A DNA stretch of 64,000 nucleotides, taken from assembly GCA_965261595.1 (NCBI GenBank), contig CBDHDG010000006.1:832001-896000 (forward strand), in the 5' to 3' direction. The notes under the pieces were generated by a model. That model ran no database searches, was not told the DNA's origin, and saw nothing but the letters and a program-made list of their open reading frames with translations. This stretch comes from a bacterium (GTDB lineage Bacteria; UBA8248; JACPRG01; G963555815). Within the stretch, counting starts at the first letter, position 1. Every line of letters starts with the position of its first letter. Position numbers and translations under genes: made by a program. Of the stretch, positions 1 to 10,175 are shown piece after piece.

Positions 1-32
1 CGCCCATTTGCTTGAGAGGAATTATGGGACCC
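1..32 (+). repeat. Copy 1 (truncated by the window edge) of a ~38-bp conserved site
   Basis: cgcccatttgcttgagaggaattatgggaccc matches 2787-2818 cgcccattcgcttaagaggaattatgggaccc with 2 mismatches. Confidence 0.85.
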
Positions 33-164
33 GTTGTGACCAATTTGTGACCACCCCTTCCTCTCAATGTGCCCTCATTCTCCCGTCAGCTTAAAAACCT
101 GCTAAAATTCCCATCGTCAACCCGAAAAGATACAGACCCGCCCACCTGATGGGGGCAACACGTC

Positions 165-2647
165 ATGCGGTACCGGCGCACCGTCCTGATTGCCGTTCTG
201 GCCTCAGTCCTTATTGCTCCCTCCCTGTTCGCCCAGACGCTGACGGTCAAGGTCCAACGGGGAAACGTGCGCTTCGGGCCTGGCAAGTCCTACCCCGTGA
301 TCGGAAGGGTCCAAAAAGCCGATAACTTCCCCATCGAGGCCCGCCAGGGCGACTGGTTCAAGATCCTGCTGGAGACGGGCCGGGAGGGCTGGGTCTTCAA
401 GTCTCTCGTCGAGGTCTCCGGTAAGCGGACGATTGGCGTCGTTCCTTTGGGTCCCACCCCATCGGCCTCCCGGCCTTACGGCGACTCCTGGGCCATCGTT
501 GTGGGTATCAACCGGTATCGAAAACCGGCCCTGCGCCTCCACTACGCCGTCAACGACGCCCGGAGCGTCACGGCCGCCCTTCAGAAGATCGGCTTTCCCA
601 AAAGAAACATCATCACCCTACTAGACGAGCGGGCCACGGCGCTGGCCATCCGCACGGCGTTCAACACCCTGATTACAAGGACACAGGGGCAAGACCGGGT
701 ATTCATCTTTGTCGCGGCGCACGGTTTGACGCTCGACCGTCCGGGGGGCGGGGCGATGGGATACCTGCTTCCGGTGGGGGCGGACCCGGCCAACATTGTG
801 GGGACGGCCATGCCGATGAGCGAGGTGAAGGACATGGCGTCGCTTCTCAAGGCGAAGCACGTCTTCTTTGCCGTGGACGCCTGCTTCTCAGGTCTTTTGG
901 CCGCACGGAGCGTGCCTCGGGCGGAAAAGCGGCGTGGACGCGGCTTACCTGACCCGGGGCCGTCTGCGGCAGATCCTCACGGCGGGCGAGCGGGACCAGC
1001 CGGTCCTGGAGGAAGGGGGCCACGGCCTTTTCACCCGGCGGCTCCTGGAGGCGATGGAGGGCGAGGCGGACAATTCTCCCCGGGACGGCGTCCTCACGGC
1101 GATGGAGGTGGCGGCGTTCGTCCAGGGGCAGGTGATCGCCTCGTCCAGCAGCCGTCAGACGCCCTTTTTCGGGACGATGGACGGCGTGGGGCAGTTCGTC
1201 TTCACCGCGCCGGCCATTGGAAATCGTCCGGCTGTTTCTCCGCCTCCGGCAACGCCCCGGCCTCCTGTCGCCTCCATCCCCATGGCTGACCCATTTGCTG
1301 GTCTCGGAAGGGTAGTTAAAGACCCCGATGAATTTGCGGGGTTGGGTAGGAAGGGCACGGGAGACCTGTTCTTGAATTCGAAGCCCCCTGGGGCGGTGGT
1401 CTTCTTGGATGGAAAGCGTCTTTCGGGTCCCACGCCACTCTTGGTCGAGAAGGTCCCCGCCGGTGAGCACCGAATATTGGTCCGCAAGGGCGAGAAGCAT
1501 GGCGGGTTCCGGGACGTTCGGCTCAAAGCGGGTGAGTTGAAGAACCTCACTGTGAGCCTGGAACGCCTGAAGGGTGAGCTTTACGTCAAGGTGCGTCCCT
1601 TCGGTTCGGCAGTTCTCGTGGACGGCAAGCGGTTGGGGAAGTCGCCGCTCAAGACAAAGGTGAACCCCGGTGAACGTCAGGTTGAAGTGAGACAGGAGGG
1701 CTACCGGAGGTACAGCGGCCGAGTGAAGGTCGAATTCGGGAAAACCACGGAAGTCTCGCAGACCCTCGCCGCGCTCGCCACGGCTACGCTGGTGGTTTCC
1801 TCGACGCCTTCGGGGGCGGAGATTTTCATTGGGAAAAAATCAGTGGGCAAGACGCCGCGGGCGATTCGGCTCTATGAGGGGGAATACACCGTTCGATTCA
1901 GGAAGCCGGGTTACAAGCCTTCAAGCCAGAAGGCCCTCGTTCGCGGGGACAGGAAGAGCACGGTTGTTGCCGTCCTGGCCGTTGACCCGATCCCTCCCGG
2001 GATGGTCAAGGTCCCTGCGGGTTGGTTCATCATGGGGAGCGGAAAGTACGAAAGTGAGAAGCCGCGCCGCCGGGTTTACCTGAATGAGTTTTTCATCGAC
2101 AAGTATCCGGTGACGAATGTCCGGTTCCGGAGGTTCGGAAAACCAAAGAAGGATCACGGCTCGAAGTTCAACGGCACCCGTCAGCCTGTGCGTGGGTGTG
2201 ACTTGGAGTCAGGCACGGGATTATTGCGGATCCGTGGGCAAGCGCTTGCCCACGGAGGCCGAATGGGAGAAAGCGGCTCGTGGGGTGGACGGCCGGAAGT
2301 ATCCCTGGGGGAATCAGTGGGACCCCTCGAAGGTGATTTGGGATAAGAACAGCGGCGATAAGACACACCCCGTGGATCGGACGTACAACACCCACCGGAG
2401 CCCTTATGGGGCTGTGGACATGTCGGGGAACGTGTGGGAGTGGGTGGGTGACTGGTTCAAGGCGGATTATTACCGGACCGCCCCGGATCGCAACCCGAAG
2501 GGACCTGCCTCCAGCAGCAGGCGCGTTTTGCGCGGCGGTTCCTGGAGCAGCGACAATACGTCGAACTTCCGCGCGGCGAATCGCAACGATTGGCCTCCGG
2601 ACAACCGGGGCAGCTGGGTTTCGTTTCGTTGCGCCAAGGCTCCATAA
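165..2647 (+). CDS. Secreted multidomain protein: signal peptide, SH3b, caspase-like peptidase C14, Pro linker, ~3 PEGA, FGE-sulfatase/CLec-fold domain. Split by two +1 frameshifts (~920, ~2191). Candidate DGR target
   Basis: ORFs 165-1289, 868-2346 and 2117-2647 join. SH3: [17 protein letters not shown]. Caspase dyad: FVAAHG / [88 protein letters not shown]. Confidence 0.85.
2522..2647 (+). repeat. DGR-like variable region VR1 (in-gene copy)
   Basis: Homologous to 9263-9389 and 9955-10078. Differences cluster in codon positions 1-2 of NNC/NNT codons between RGGSW and FRCAK. Confidence 0.7.
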
Positions 2648-2818
2648 TTACCCTTTGTCCTTTCGCCCTCTTACCCTTTGGGGGGTCCAGGGGGCTTGCC
2701 CCCTGGTTGGTTTAGCGATTAGCCCTTTTTCCCTCCGTTCATATCCTCAAACCCATAATGATCCGGCTCGCGACGCCGTGGGGACCCGCCCATTCGCTTA
2801 AGAGGAATTATGGGACCC
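2648..2818 (+). other. Conserved post-VR module: pyrimidine-rich tract, GC hairpin (2687-2706 ccagggggc-tt-gccccctgg), imperfect long hairpin/38-bp site
   Basis: Near-identical to the sequence after 9389 for ~95 bp, then similar through the 38-bp site ending at 9562. Confidence 0.75.
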
Positions 2819-3083
2819 AAAGTAGGTGTCTATTCAGGTGTCTTCTGAGGGTACACAAACCCACACACAGACACACAACCAGCACAAAGAGGTTTTCGCG
2901 GGAATCCAACAACAACGGGGATTTACGGGGGTTGGCCTGAGAATCCCGGAAGGCTTCTGACGGATTTAATGTGCGCCGCCTAGAGGAAGGGCTGCCAGGA
3001 TGAAAAGCCGCAGGTCTGCCGGTTCAAGCCGAAGCATCGAGCTAACAGCGAAGACTCAAGAATGACCCCGCCGCTTCTCCTCC

Positions 3084-3887
3084 TCAATCTATCAGGATCT
3101 GGCTGAGGAACAGCTTGGTGCGATCGTTCTGGGGGTTCTCGAAGAATCCATGGGGCTCGTTCTGCTCGATGATCTCGCCGCCGTCCATGAAGATGACACG
3201 GTCGGCGACGGTCTTGGCGAAGCCCATCTCATGGGTCACGACGAGCATGGTCATGCCGGTGCCGGCGAGTTCGATCATCACGTCCAGAACCTCCGTGATC
3301 ATCTCCGGATCCAAGGCCGAGGTCGGTTCGTCGAACAGCATGATCTTGGGCGACATGCAGAGCGCCCGCGCAATCACCACCCGCTGCTGCTGGCCGCCCG
3401 AAAGCTGGCCCGGGAACTTCTCTGCCTGTTCGGGTATCCGGACTCGCTCGAGATATTCCCGCGCCAATTCATTGGCCTCGGCCTTGGGCTTATTGCGCAC
3501 CCAGATCGGGCCCAATGTCAGATTCTCAAGCACCGTGAGATGGGAAAATAGATTGAAGTGCTGAAACACCATGCCGACTTCGCTGCGAATGGTGTGAATG
3601 TTCTTGAGATCGTTGGTGAGCTCGGTCCCGTCGACGAGGATCTGGCCCTGCTGGTGTTCTTCGAGCCGGTTTATGCAGCGGATCAGGGTGGACTTTCCAG
3701 ACCCCGACGGCCCGCAGATGACGATGCGCTCACCCTTATTGACGGTCAGGTTGATGTCCTTGAGCACATGGAAAGAACCGAACCATTTGTGGACACCCGT
3801 CATCTCGATCATGACGTCCTCGGAGACGGTCATGGTCTTGGTTGGGTGTTTGAGTCCGTCTTCCGATAAACCGGCTTTGTCATACAT
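3084..3887 (-). CDS. aapP: Amino-acid ABC transporter ATP-binding protein (AapP/BztD)
   Basis: [30 protein letters not shown]; operon context. Confidence 0.9.
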   Translation of the reverse strand: MYDKAGLSEDGLKHPTKTMTVSEDVMIEMTGVHKWFGSFHVLKDINLTVNKGERIVICGPSGSGKSTLIRCINRLEEHQQGQILVDGTELTNDLKNIHTIRSEVGMVFQHFNLFSHLTVLENLTLGPIWVRNKPKAEANELAREYLERVRIPEQAEKFPGQLSGGQQQRVVIARALCMSPKIMLFDEPTSALDPEMITEVLDVMIELAGTGMTMLVVTHEMGFAKTVADRVIFMDGGEIIEQNEPHGFFENPQNDRTKLFLSQILID

Positions 3888-3928
3888 TATTATTTCTCCA
3901 ATCCTTACGTAAGATCCCCCGCCTAAGC

Positions 3929-5050
3929 CTAATGGCCGGTATCGAGTTTTCGCTCAAGAAAAAGCGAATACCTCGACATGCTGAAGCAGCAAATGAAGAA
4001 AAACAGCGCGACAAAAATATAGACCTCGCGAGCCAATCCTGCCCAGGCAGTGTCCGCCAACGACGCCCGGCCGACGCCCAGGGGATCGAACATACCTATA
4101 ATCAACACCAGCGTGGTGTCCTTGAAAAGCCCGATAAAGGTATTGACGATTCCAGGAATTGAAATCTTCAGCGCCTGCGGCAAAATAACCAGCCAGTGAG
4201 CCTTCAGGTAGGTTAGGCCAAGAGATTCGGCGGCTTCGTACTGGCCACTGGGAATTCCCTGCAACCCGCCACGAACGACTTCAGCAATATAACCCGCTGA
4301 AAACAGCGTCACCATAATCAGCACCCGCATAAGCAGGTCGAAGACTGTGCCCGGCGGCAGAAAGTAATTGAGCATCGTCGAAGCGATGAACAAAAGGGTG
4401 ATCAGGGGCACTCCGCGGATAAACTCGACGAACAAGACGCAAATAATCCTCAGAATCGGCATCTTCGACCGGCGTCCGAGGGCGAGGAGAATACCGATCG
4501 GAAGTGAGAACGATATGCCAGTGACGCCGATGATCAGTGTCAGCAAGATGCCACCGAATTGGTCGGTTTCAACTGGGCTCAAGCCGAAGCCCCCGACCAG
4601 GAGCCAGCCGGTAATGAACGGGAACGCCATCGCATACAAAAGCCCGACTTTTCGGCCTGGCATCTTATCGTAAAGCACCGGCACGATCGCCATTATCAGG
4701 AGCACGAACGACAGGTTCACCCGCCAGCGCAACGGTGCGGGATAGAACCCATAAACAAAAAGTCCCAGCCGATTTCTGATGAAGGCCCAGCAGGCGCCGC
4801 CCTCCGGCACCTCCATTTTGTCCCAGCATTCCTTGCGTGACTCTGCCGTCCAAACCGAATCCAAGAAGATCCACTCAAATAGCGGCGGTATCACCAACCA
4901 AAGGAACCAGATGGCCAAGAGGGTTAGCACCACGTTGAGCGGCGTAGATAGGAGGTTGTGTTTGACCCATCCGAGAACGCCAACTTCGGTGCGCGGTGGC
5001 GGCAATTCCGGATGCTGACCGGTTTCGTAGGTTTTCTCAACGTCAGCCAT
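3929..5050 (-). CDS. aapM: Amino-acid ABC transporter permease (AapM/BztC)
   Basis: [32 protein letters not shown]. Confidence 0.9.
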   Translation of the reverse strand: MADVEKTYETGQHPELPPPRTEVGVLGWVKHNLLSTPLNVVLTLLAIWFLWLVIPPLFEWIFLDSVWTAESRKECWDKMEVPEGGACWAFIRNRLGLFVYGFYPAPLRWRVNLSFVLLIMAIVPVLYDKMPGRKVGLLYAMAFPFITGWLLVGGFGLSPVETDQFGGILLTLIIGVTGISFSLPIGILLALGRRSKMPILRIICVLFVEFIRGVPLITLLFIASTMLNYFLPPGTVFDLLMRVLIMVTLFSAGYIAEVVRGGLQGIPSGQYEAAESLGLTYLKAHWLVILPQALKISIPGIVNTFIGLFKDTTLVLIIGMFDPLGVGRASLADTAWAGLAREVYIFVALFFFICCFSMSRYSLFLERKLDTGH

Positions 5051-5053
5051 GGC

Positions 5054-6253
5054 TTATCTCTCCACCAGGGCCATCTTCTTGTTGTACCAATTCATGAATC
5101 CCGAGATCAGCAAAGAGATTGTGAGATACAGCAGAAGGACGATAATCATCGTCTCCATCTCTTTGCCCGTCTGCATCAGGGTAATCCCGCCGATCGTGGC
5201 GACGATATCCGTGTAGCCGATGGCGATCGCCAACGACGAGTTCTTGGTCAGGTTCAGATACTGGCTGGTCAGCGGCGGGATGATGACGCGGAGCGCCTGG
5301 GGTATGATGATCAGCCTGAGCGTTCTGTTGGGACGAAGCCCGAGCGCATAAGCGGCCTCGGTCTGCCCGTGGCTGACCGCGAGGATTCCCGAACGGACGA
5401 TCTCCGCGATAAAGCACGATGTGTAATAGGAAAGCGCCAGCCACAGAGCGATGAACTCGGGTTTGATTGCCAGCCCGCCGTTGAAATTGAACCCCTTCAG
5501 CTCCGGAATACCCCAAGAAAGCGGCATGCCAGCGGAAAGAAAAGCGGCCGCCATCATCACCACGATCACTCCAGTCGATATCCAGAAAACGGGGTAAACC
5601 CGACTCGTCTCACCCTGGATTTTTTTCGCCCAGCGTCTGAAAAAGAACACAAAAACAACCGAGATCACGAAGGCCGCCGCGACGATCCCGGCACCGGGTT
5701 CCAAAACGGGTTGGGGAATGAAGAATCCTCTGTTCGTGAGAAAGAAGATATCAGCAAAATTTATTGCCTTCTTTGGCACCGGCAAATGGATGACGACCAG
5801 CCCGTAGATGAACAGGATGTGCAAAAGGACAGGAACGTTGCGCGTGAATTCCAGGAAGCAATAAACGATACGGTTGACCAGCCAGTTCGTGGAGAGCCTG
5901 AGGATCCCCATTATGAAACCCATTATTGTCGTGAGAACTATACTGCAAGCTGCAACCAGCAGAGTGTTGAGAATTCCTACGAAGGCAGCCCGTAGATGAG
6001 TGGACCTTGAGCTGTATTCGATAAATGGAGAAAACGTTATGTCGTAACCAGCCGGGTACAAGAGGAAGCTGAAGCTAAACTCTTTTCCTACCGTTTCGAG
6101 GTTGATTACGACGTTACGGAGGATAAGGGCGAGGGCAGCGAATATCACCGTCAGCGTCACGATCTGGATGATGACGGACCGGGCTTTATGGTTTCTCCAA
6201 AGGCGTGTGACCAGGTTGCGGGTGTCAGGACCGGTCTCGACAATTCTGGCCAT
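5054..6253 (-). CDS. aapQ: Amino-acid ABC transporter permease (AapQ/BztB)
   Basis: GILNTLLVA, EIVRSGILAVSHGQTEAA, QYLNLTKNSSLAIAIGY. Confidence 0.9.
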   Translation of the reverse strand: MARIVETGPDTRNLVTRLWRNHKARSVIIQIVTLTVIFAALALILRNVVINLETVGKEFSFSFLLYPAGYDITFSPFIEYSSRSTHLRAAFVGILNTLLVAACSIVLTTIMGFIMGILRLSTNWLVNRIVYCFLEFTRNVPVLLHILFIYGLVVIHLPVPKKAINFADIFFLTNRGFFIPQPVLEPGAGIVAAAFVISVVFVFFFRRWAKKIQGETSRVYPVFWISTGVIVVMMAAAFLSAGMPLSWGIPELKGFNFNGGLAIKPEFIALWLALSYYTSCFIAEIVRSGILAVSHGQTEAAYALGLRPNRTLRLIIIPQALRVIIPPLTSQYLNLTKNSSLAIAIGYTDIVATIGGITLMQTGKEMETMIIVLLLYLTISLLISGFMNWYNKKMALVER

Positions 6254-6547
6254 GGCCAACAACGATCTCCTTCACGGGCTCATCAAGACCAAAAAAACCC
6301 AATATTGATACAATTCACGGGGGTGATCTTTGCTGCTGATCACTAGTGAGCTGCACCGTGGTGAGGGTCATTTCAAATAACCAGGGACGCCATCCAAGAC
6401 AAAACGTTCCCAGCCTTCGGTCGGGAAAATTGGTCCATTGGGTGTCTCAGGCACAATCAAATAACAACAAACATGGAATTTCAAGGGTCAATAGGTGCAG
6501 ACGCGTACCGGGACCCGATAGGTCGCCAGCACGCTTTTAGATTGATC

Positions 6548-7956
6548 TGGACCGCCCCTGGGTTATTTATTGGACACTCGGGTGAGGGTATTCGACCTCA
6601 TGCGGCCTCCGCAACTTGAGCGAGTTTTTCCTGCCTTGCCTGGGCCAGCGTTCGGTAGCCGTAGCCCTCGAGAATCCAATGATGGTTGTACAGGTTCTTG
6701 AACTCAAGCAACGCCCACCGCAGTTCCTCTACGGTGGCGAAAGAGCGCACCCACAGGAGATTCTCCTTCAAGATGCGGATGAACCACTCACAGTAGCCAT
6801 TTCCCTCGGGCGCCCGCACGAAGCTGGGCGAACTGGTCATGCCCAGGTAGGCGATCTCCCGCTGAAAGTCATCGGACAGATAGGCGGGGCCGTGGTCGTG
6901 ACGAACTTTAAGCCCCTCGGCGACGTCCGCCTCCAAGCCGGCGAAGCGCTCGGCGACCCCCTGCCGGATCGGCTCCAGGGCCTCGAAGCGGTTGCCGCTC
7001 TTGGCCGCATGGATCCCCACGCAGTCCACCGAGCAGTGATCCACCGCCACGAACACCGAGGCCATCCCCTCCTCGGTGGTCACCGTCGTCGTCATGTGCG
7101 TGCCCCACATTCGGTCGGGCCGCTCGGTGCGGATGGTCCCGTTGTGGGCCTTGGGACCTCGGGGTTTGTCCACCCGGTGGGGGGCCTGAAGCCCCGCCTC
7201 CCGCATCAGGCGACGCACCCGCTCCTTGCTGGTGCGGATGCCCGCGAAGCGCAGCCTCGCCCACACCTTGCGGTAGCCCTCGCCATGGAAGGGAGAGTCC
7301 TCCAGGACCTGCCGGATGTGGCCGAGGAGTTCCGCATCGGTGCACGGGCCCACAGGGCCGCGCTTATTGGGCGTGGGGCGTCCATGAACGGGGACCGCCT
7401 CTCGCCGCCGTTGCGCGTAGACCGTGGAGCGCGCCAAGCCCCAAAGGGCGCACACCCGCTTCAGGCCGTAGGCTCTGCCCGTGGAGGTGAAGCGGGCCTG
7501 ACTCATCGCCTCCACCTCCTGCCGGCTAAAGGGCGGCCGGCCTCCAGGCGGTCGATCTTCTCCCGCAGGACCTCGCCCTCCATCGTGAGTTCGCCCACCT
7601 TGGCCTTGAGCCGGGCGTTCTCCTCGTCCCGCTCATCCGCCGGGCGGGCTTTGAGCGCCGCCTCGCCCCCGCGAAGGAACGCCTCGCGCCAGGCGGAAAG
7701 CCGAGCCGCTGTCGTGCCCAACTCGCGGCAGAGCGTCTCCAGGCTCTCGCCCCGCAAAAGACGCAGGACCGCCTCCCGCTTGCGCCTGGCAGGAGAACCG
7801 ACCCCGCTCACTGCGATGCCCTGGGGCCTTGGCTCCGTTCGCCCTGCGGGCGCCCTCCGCCAAAGCCCCCTCTTGCTTTTGTTCGTTCATCGCGACACCC
7901 CTTTCTCCATGAATCATGGATCAATCGAGTGTCCAACAAAACCCTAGAGCGGGGGA
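6548..7956 (-). mobile_element. IS3-family element copy 1 (orfA with a +1 frameshift; orfB 6598-7515), 4-bp TSD gatc, inserted between aapJ and aapQ
   Basis: Ends TCCCCCGCTCTAGGGTTTTGTTGGACAC / GTGTCCAA..CCCAGGGGCGGTCCA; gatc at 6544-6547 and 7957-7960; rve-type orfB (GYRKV, HDHG, PEGNG..E). Confidence 0.93.
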
Positions 7957-7977
7957 GATCAACAATCAGTCGGTCTT

Positions 7978-8997
7978 CTAACGGAACGGCGGCGAATACT
8001 GCAGGCCGCCATTCGTCCACAAGGCATTTTGCCCACGAGGGAGACCGATAGGCGTTTTGGTGCCAATATTGCGCTCAAAGATCTCGCCGTAGTTACCGAC
8101 GAACTTGATGATATTGTACGCCCAGTCATTGCTCAGGCCCAACTCTTTACCCTGGCTACCCTCAACGCCCAAGAGACGCAAGACTTCGGGGTCTTTGGAG
8201 CTTTTCATCTTATCGACATTAGCCTGCGTGACGCCCTTTTCCTCAGCCGTAATCGTCGCGTTGAGAACCCAGGTTATAATATCAGACCACTGGTCGTCAC
8301 CTTGACGGGTGGCGGGACCCAGGGGCTCTTTCGAGATGATCTCTGGCAGGATGATGTGATTCTGCGGATCAGAGAACGTTGAACGGGTGGCGGCTAGACC
8401 TGAGGCGTCGGTGGTGTAAACGTCGCACCGTCCAGAAGAGTAGTTCTGCCGCGCCTCCTCGTTGGTCTCGATGGGTACGGCCTCATACTTCATGCCATTG
8501 GCGTGGAAGTAATCGGCTAGGTTGAGTTCAGTTGTTGTGCCGGTTTGGATGCAGACCGAAGCGCCGTTAAGTTCCTTAACGCTCTTGACACCGATCGCCT
8601 TCTTCACCATAAAGCCTTGGCCATCATAGTAGTTTACGCCATGGAATCGCAACTTAACGCCGACGTCGCGAGAGAAGGTGATGGTGGTGTTCCGCCACAG
8701 TACGTCGCCCTCACCTGAGTTGAGCTTGGTGAACCGGGTCTTGCCGGTCGCCGTCACCGCCTTGATCTTGCTTGCATCTCCCAGTACCGCCGCGGCAGTC
8801 GCCCGGCAGAAATCGATGTCGAAGCCTTTCCAAACGCCGCTCGCGTCCGGATAAGCAAAGCCGGCGATGCCGGTGCTTACGACGCAGCGCAACACACCGC
8901 GGGACTTGACGTCATCCAAGGTTCCGGCCCCGGCGCCAACCGGCCCGAGCGCCACGGCCATCGCCGCGCCTACGACCATCAACTTTAGAGTTTTCAC
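7978..8997 (-). CDS. aapJ: Amino-acid ABC transporter substrate-binding protein (AapJ/BztA)
   Basis: Signal peptide; YYDGQGFMV, CIQTGTTTELNLADYF, ISKEPLGP, GGLQYSPPFR. Confidence 0.92.
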   Translation of the reverse strand: MKTLKLMVVGAAMAVALGPVGAGAGTLDDVKSRGVLRCVVSTGIAGFAYPDASGVWKGFDIDFCRATAAAVLGDASKIKAVTATGKTRFTKLNSGEGDVLWRNTTITFSRDVGVKLRFHGVNYYDGQGFMVKKAIGVKSVKELNGASVCIQTGTTTELNLADYFHANGMKYEAVPIETNEEARQNYSSGRCDVYTTDASGLAATRSTFSDPQNHIILPEIISKEPLGPATRQGDDQWSDIITWVLNATITAEEKGVTQANVDKMKSSKDPEVLRLLGVEGSQGKELGLSNDWAYNIIKFVGNYGEIFERNIGTKTPIGLPRGQNALWTNGGLQYSPPFR

Positions 8998-9226
8998 TGC
9001 TTGCCCTCCCAGTTTGTCGGTATGTGACTAAATATGTTCAGCCTCCAAGATCGGACAAAGATTCGCGCCTACACGAATCGCCTCAACGCCCTGATTCGGA
9101 TAATTACCCGAACGCAGCGGCCTCACGGTGCCCGGATCAGATTTAGATCTTACGCTTCTGAGTCGGACAGGGCAAGGGGTAATATATAGCACAGGCCAGG
9201 AGTGGATGCAAGTAGCTGTCTCGGCC

Positions 9227-9562
9227 GCCCGCAACCCGAAGGGCCCATCCTCGGGCACGTTCCGCGTGGTTCGTGGCGCCTCGTGGTTCTACGTCAGTCC
9301 GTCACTCTTCCGCGCGGCGTTCCGGATCTGGTACCCAACTGGGCTTCACGTATGGCAACGTGGGTTTTCGTTGCGCCAAGGCTCCTTAAATTACCCTTTG
9401 CCCTTTCGCCCTTTTACCCTTTGGGGGGTCCAGGGGGCTTGCCCCCTGGCGGGTTTAGCGATTAGCCCTTTTGTCCCTGCGTTCATAGGCCACGACCCAT
9501 AGATATAGATCGCACGATGCCAGGGGGTCCCGCCCCTTCGCCGTGGAGAAGATAGGGGACCC
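9227..9562 (+). pseudogene. Orphan 3' fragment of an FGE/CLec gene (VR2) with full post-VR module and degenerate 38-bp site
   Basis: After removing one extra C it reads ARNPKGPSSGTFRVVRGASWFYVSPSLFRAAFRIWYQLGFTYGNVGFRCAKAP*. Hairpin at 9430-9449. No upstream gene body. Confidence 0.8.
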
Positions 9563-9695
9563 ATGCTGTGCCTGTTTTCGTGCCTGTTGGCTAAGCATTA
9601 GGAGATATACCGAGATAGATCGGAGCGGCGGACAATCCCTTATGGTTATTGGGAAACCCTTGATTTTTCTATGGTTTCCGTGCCACCATTCTCTT

Positions 9696-9752
9696 GATTC
9701 AGGGTCTAGTGGGGGAAACCTCGTGGGAGTTCGAGTCTCCCCTTCGGCACCA
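9696..9752 (+). tRNA. 3' half of tRNA-Leu(CAG), truncated; att-site remnant
   Basis: gattcagggtctag (anticodon loop and 3' stem strand), long variable arm, gggagttcgagtctccc T-arm, ends ttcggcacca; no D-arm or 5' acceptor strand. Confidence 0.8.
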
Positions 9753-9903
9753 TAAAATTCAAGCGTTTACAGGATGGGCGCGTTGCTTGCTTTCGGGATA
9801 TTTCTTTTCGCGTCGCCTGCGCAACCCGCATATGCGAATCGAAACTGTGCGACTTCCAGCGAACTCCATTCAGCACTCGGGCAAGTTTCTTTGAACTATC
9901 CTT

Positions 9904-10117
9904 TACCAAAACGCGCCCGCCCGTAATCCAAAGGGACCTGCCTCGAGCAGCTGGCGCGTGGTTCGCGGCGGCTCGTGGGGCAACCCTCAATCCAACGGGC
10001 TTCCGCGCGGCGATCCGGAGCGGGAGCCGTCCGGGCGGCAGGTACGTCGACCTGGGTTTTCGTTGCGCCATGGCTCCTTCACCGGGGCCGAAACCCTGAC
10101 CTTAAATAACCCTTTGC
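9904..10117 (+). pseudogene. Second orphan FGE/CLec 3' fragment (VR3) with truncated downstream tract
   Basis: After removing one extra C it reads [58 protein letters not shown]. Followed by a ~24-bp insert, then aaataaccctttgcc. Confidence 0.75.
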
Positions 10118-10175
10118 CAATCCCGATAACCAACCTTCCCCGTCATTCTCGCAGATCCAAATGGGAGAAAATCAG

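Noticed and set aside
9227..10117. VR2 or VR3 as the DGR template repeat
   Set aside because: Neither is adenine-rich at the variable codons, and no RT or Avd ORF is adjacent
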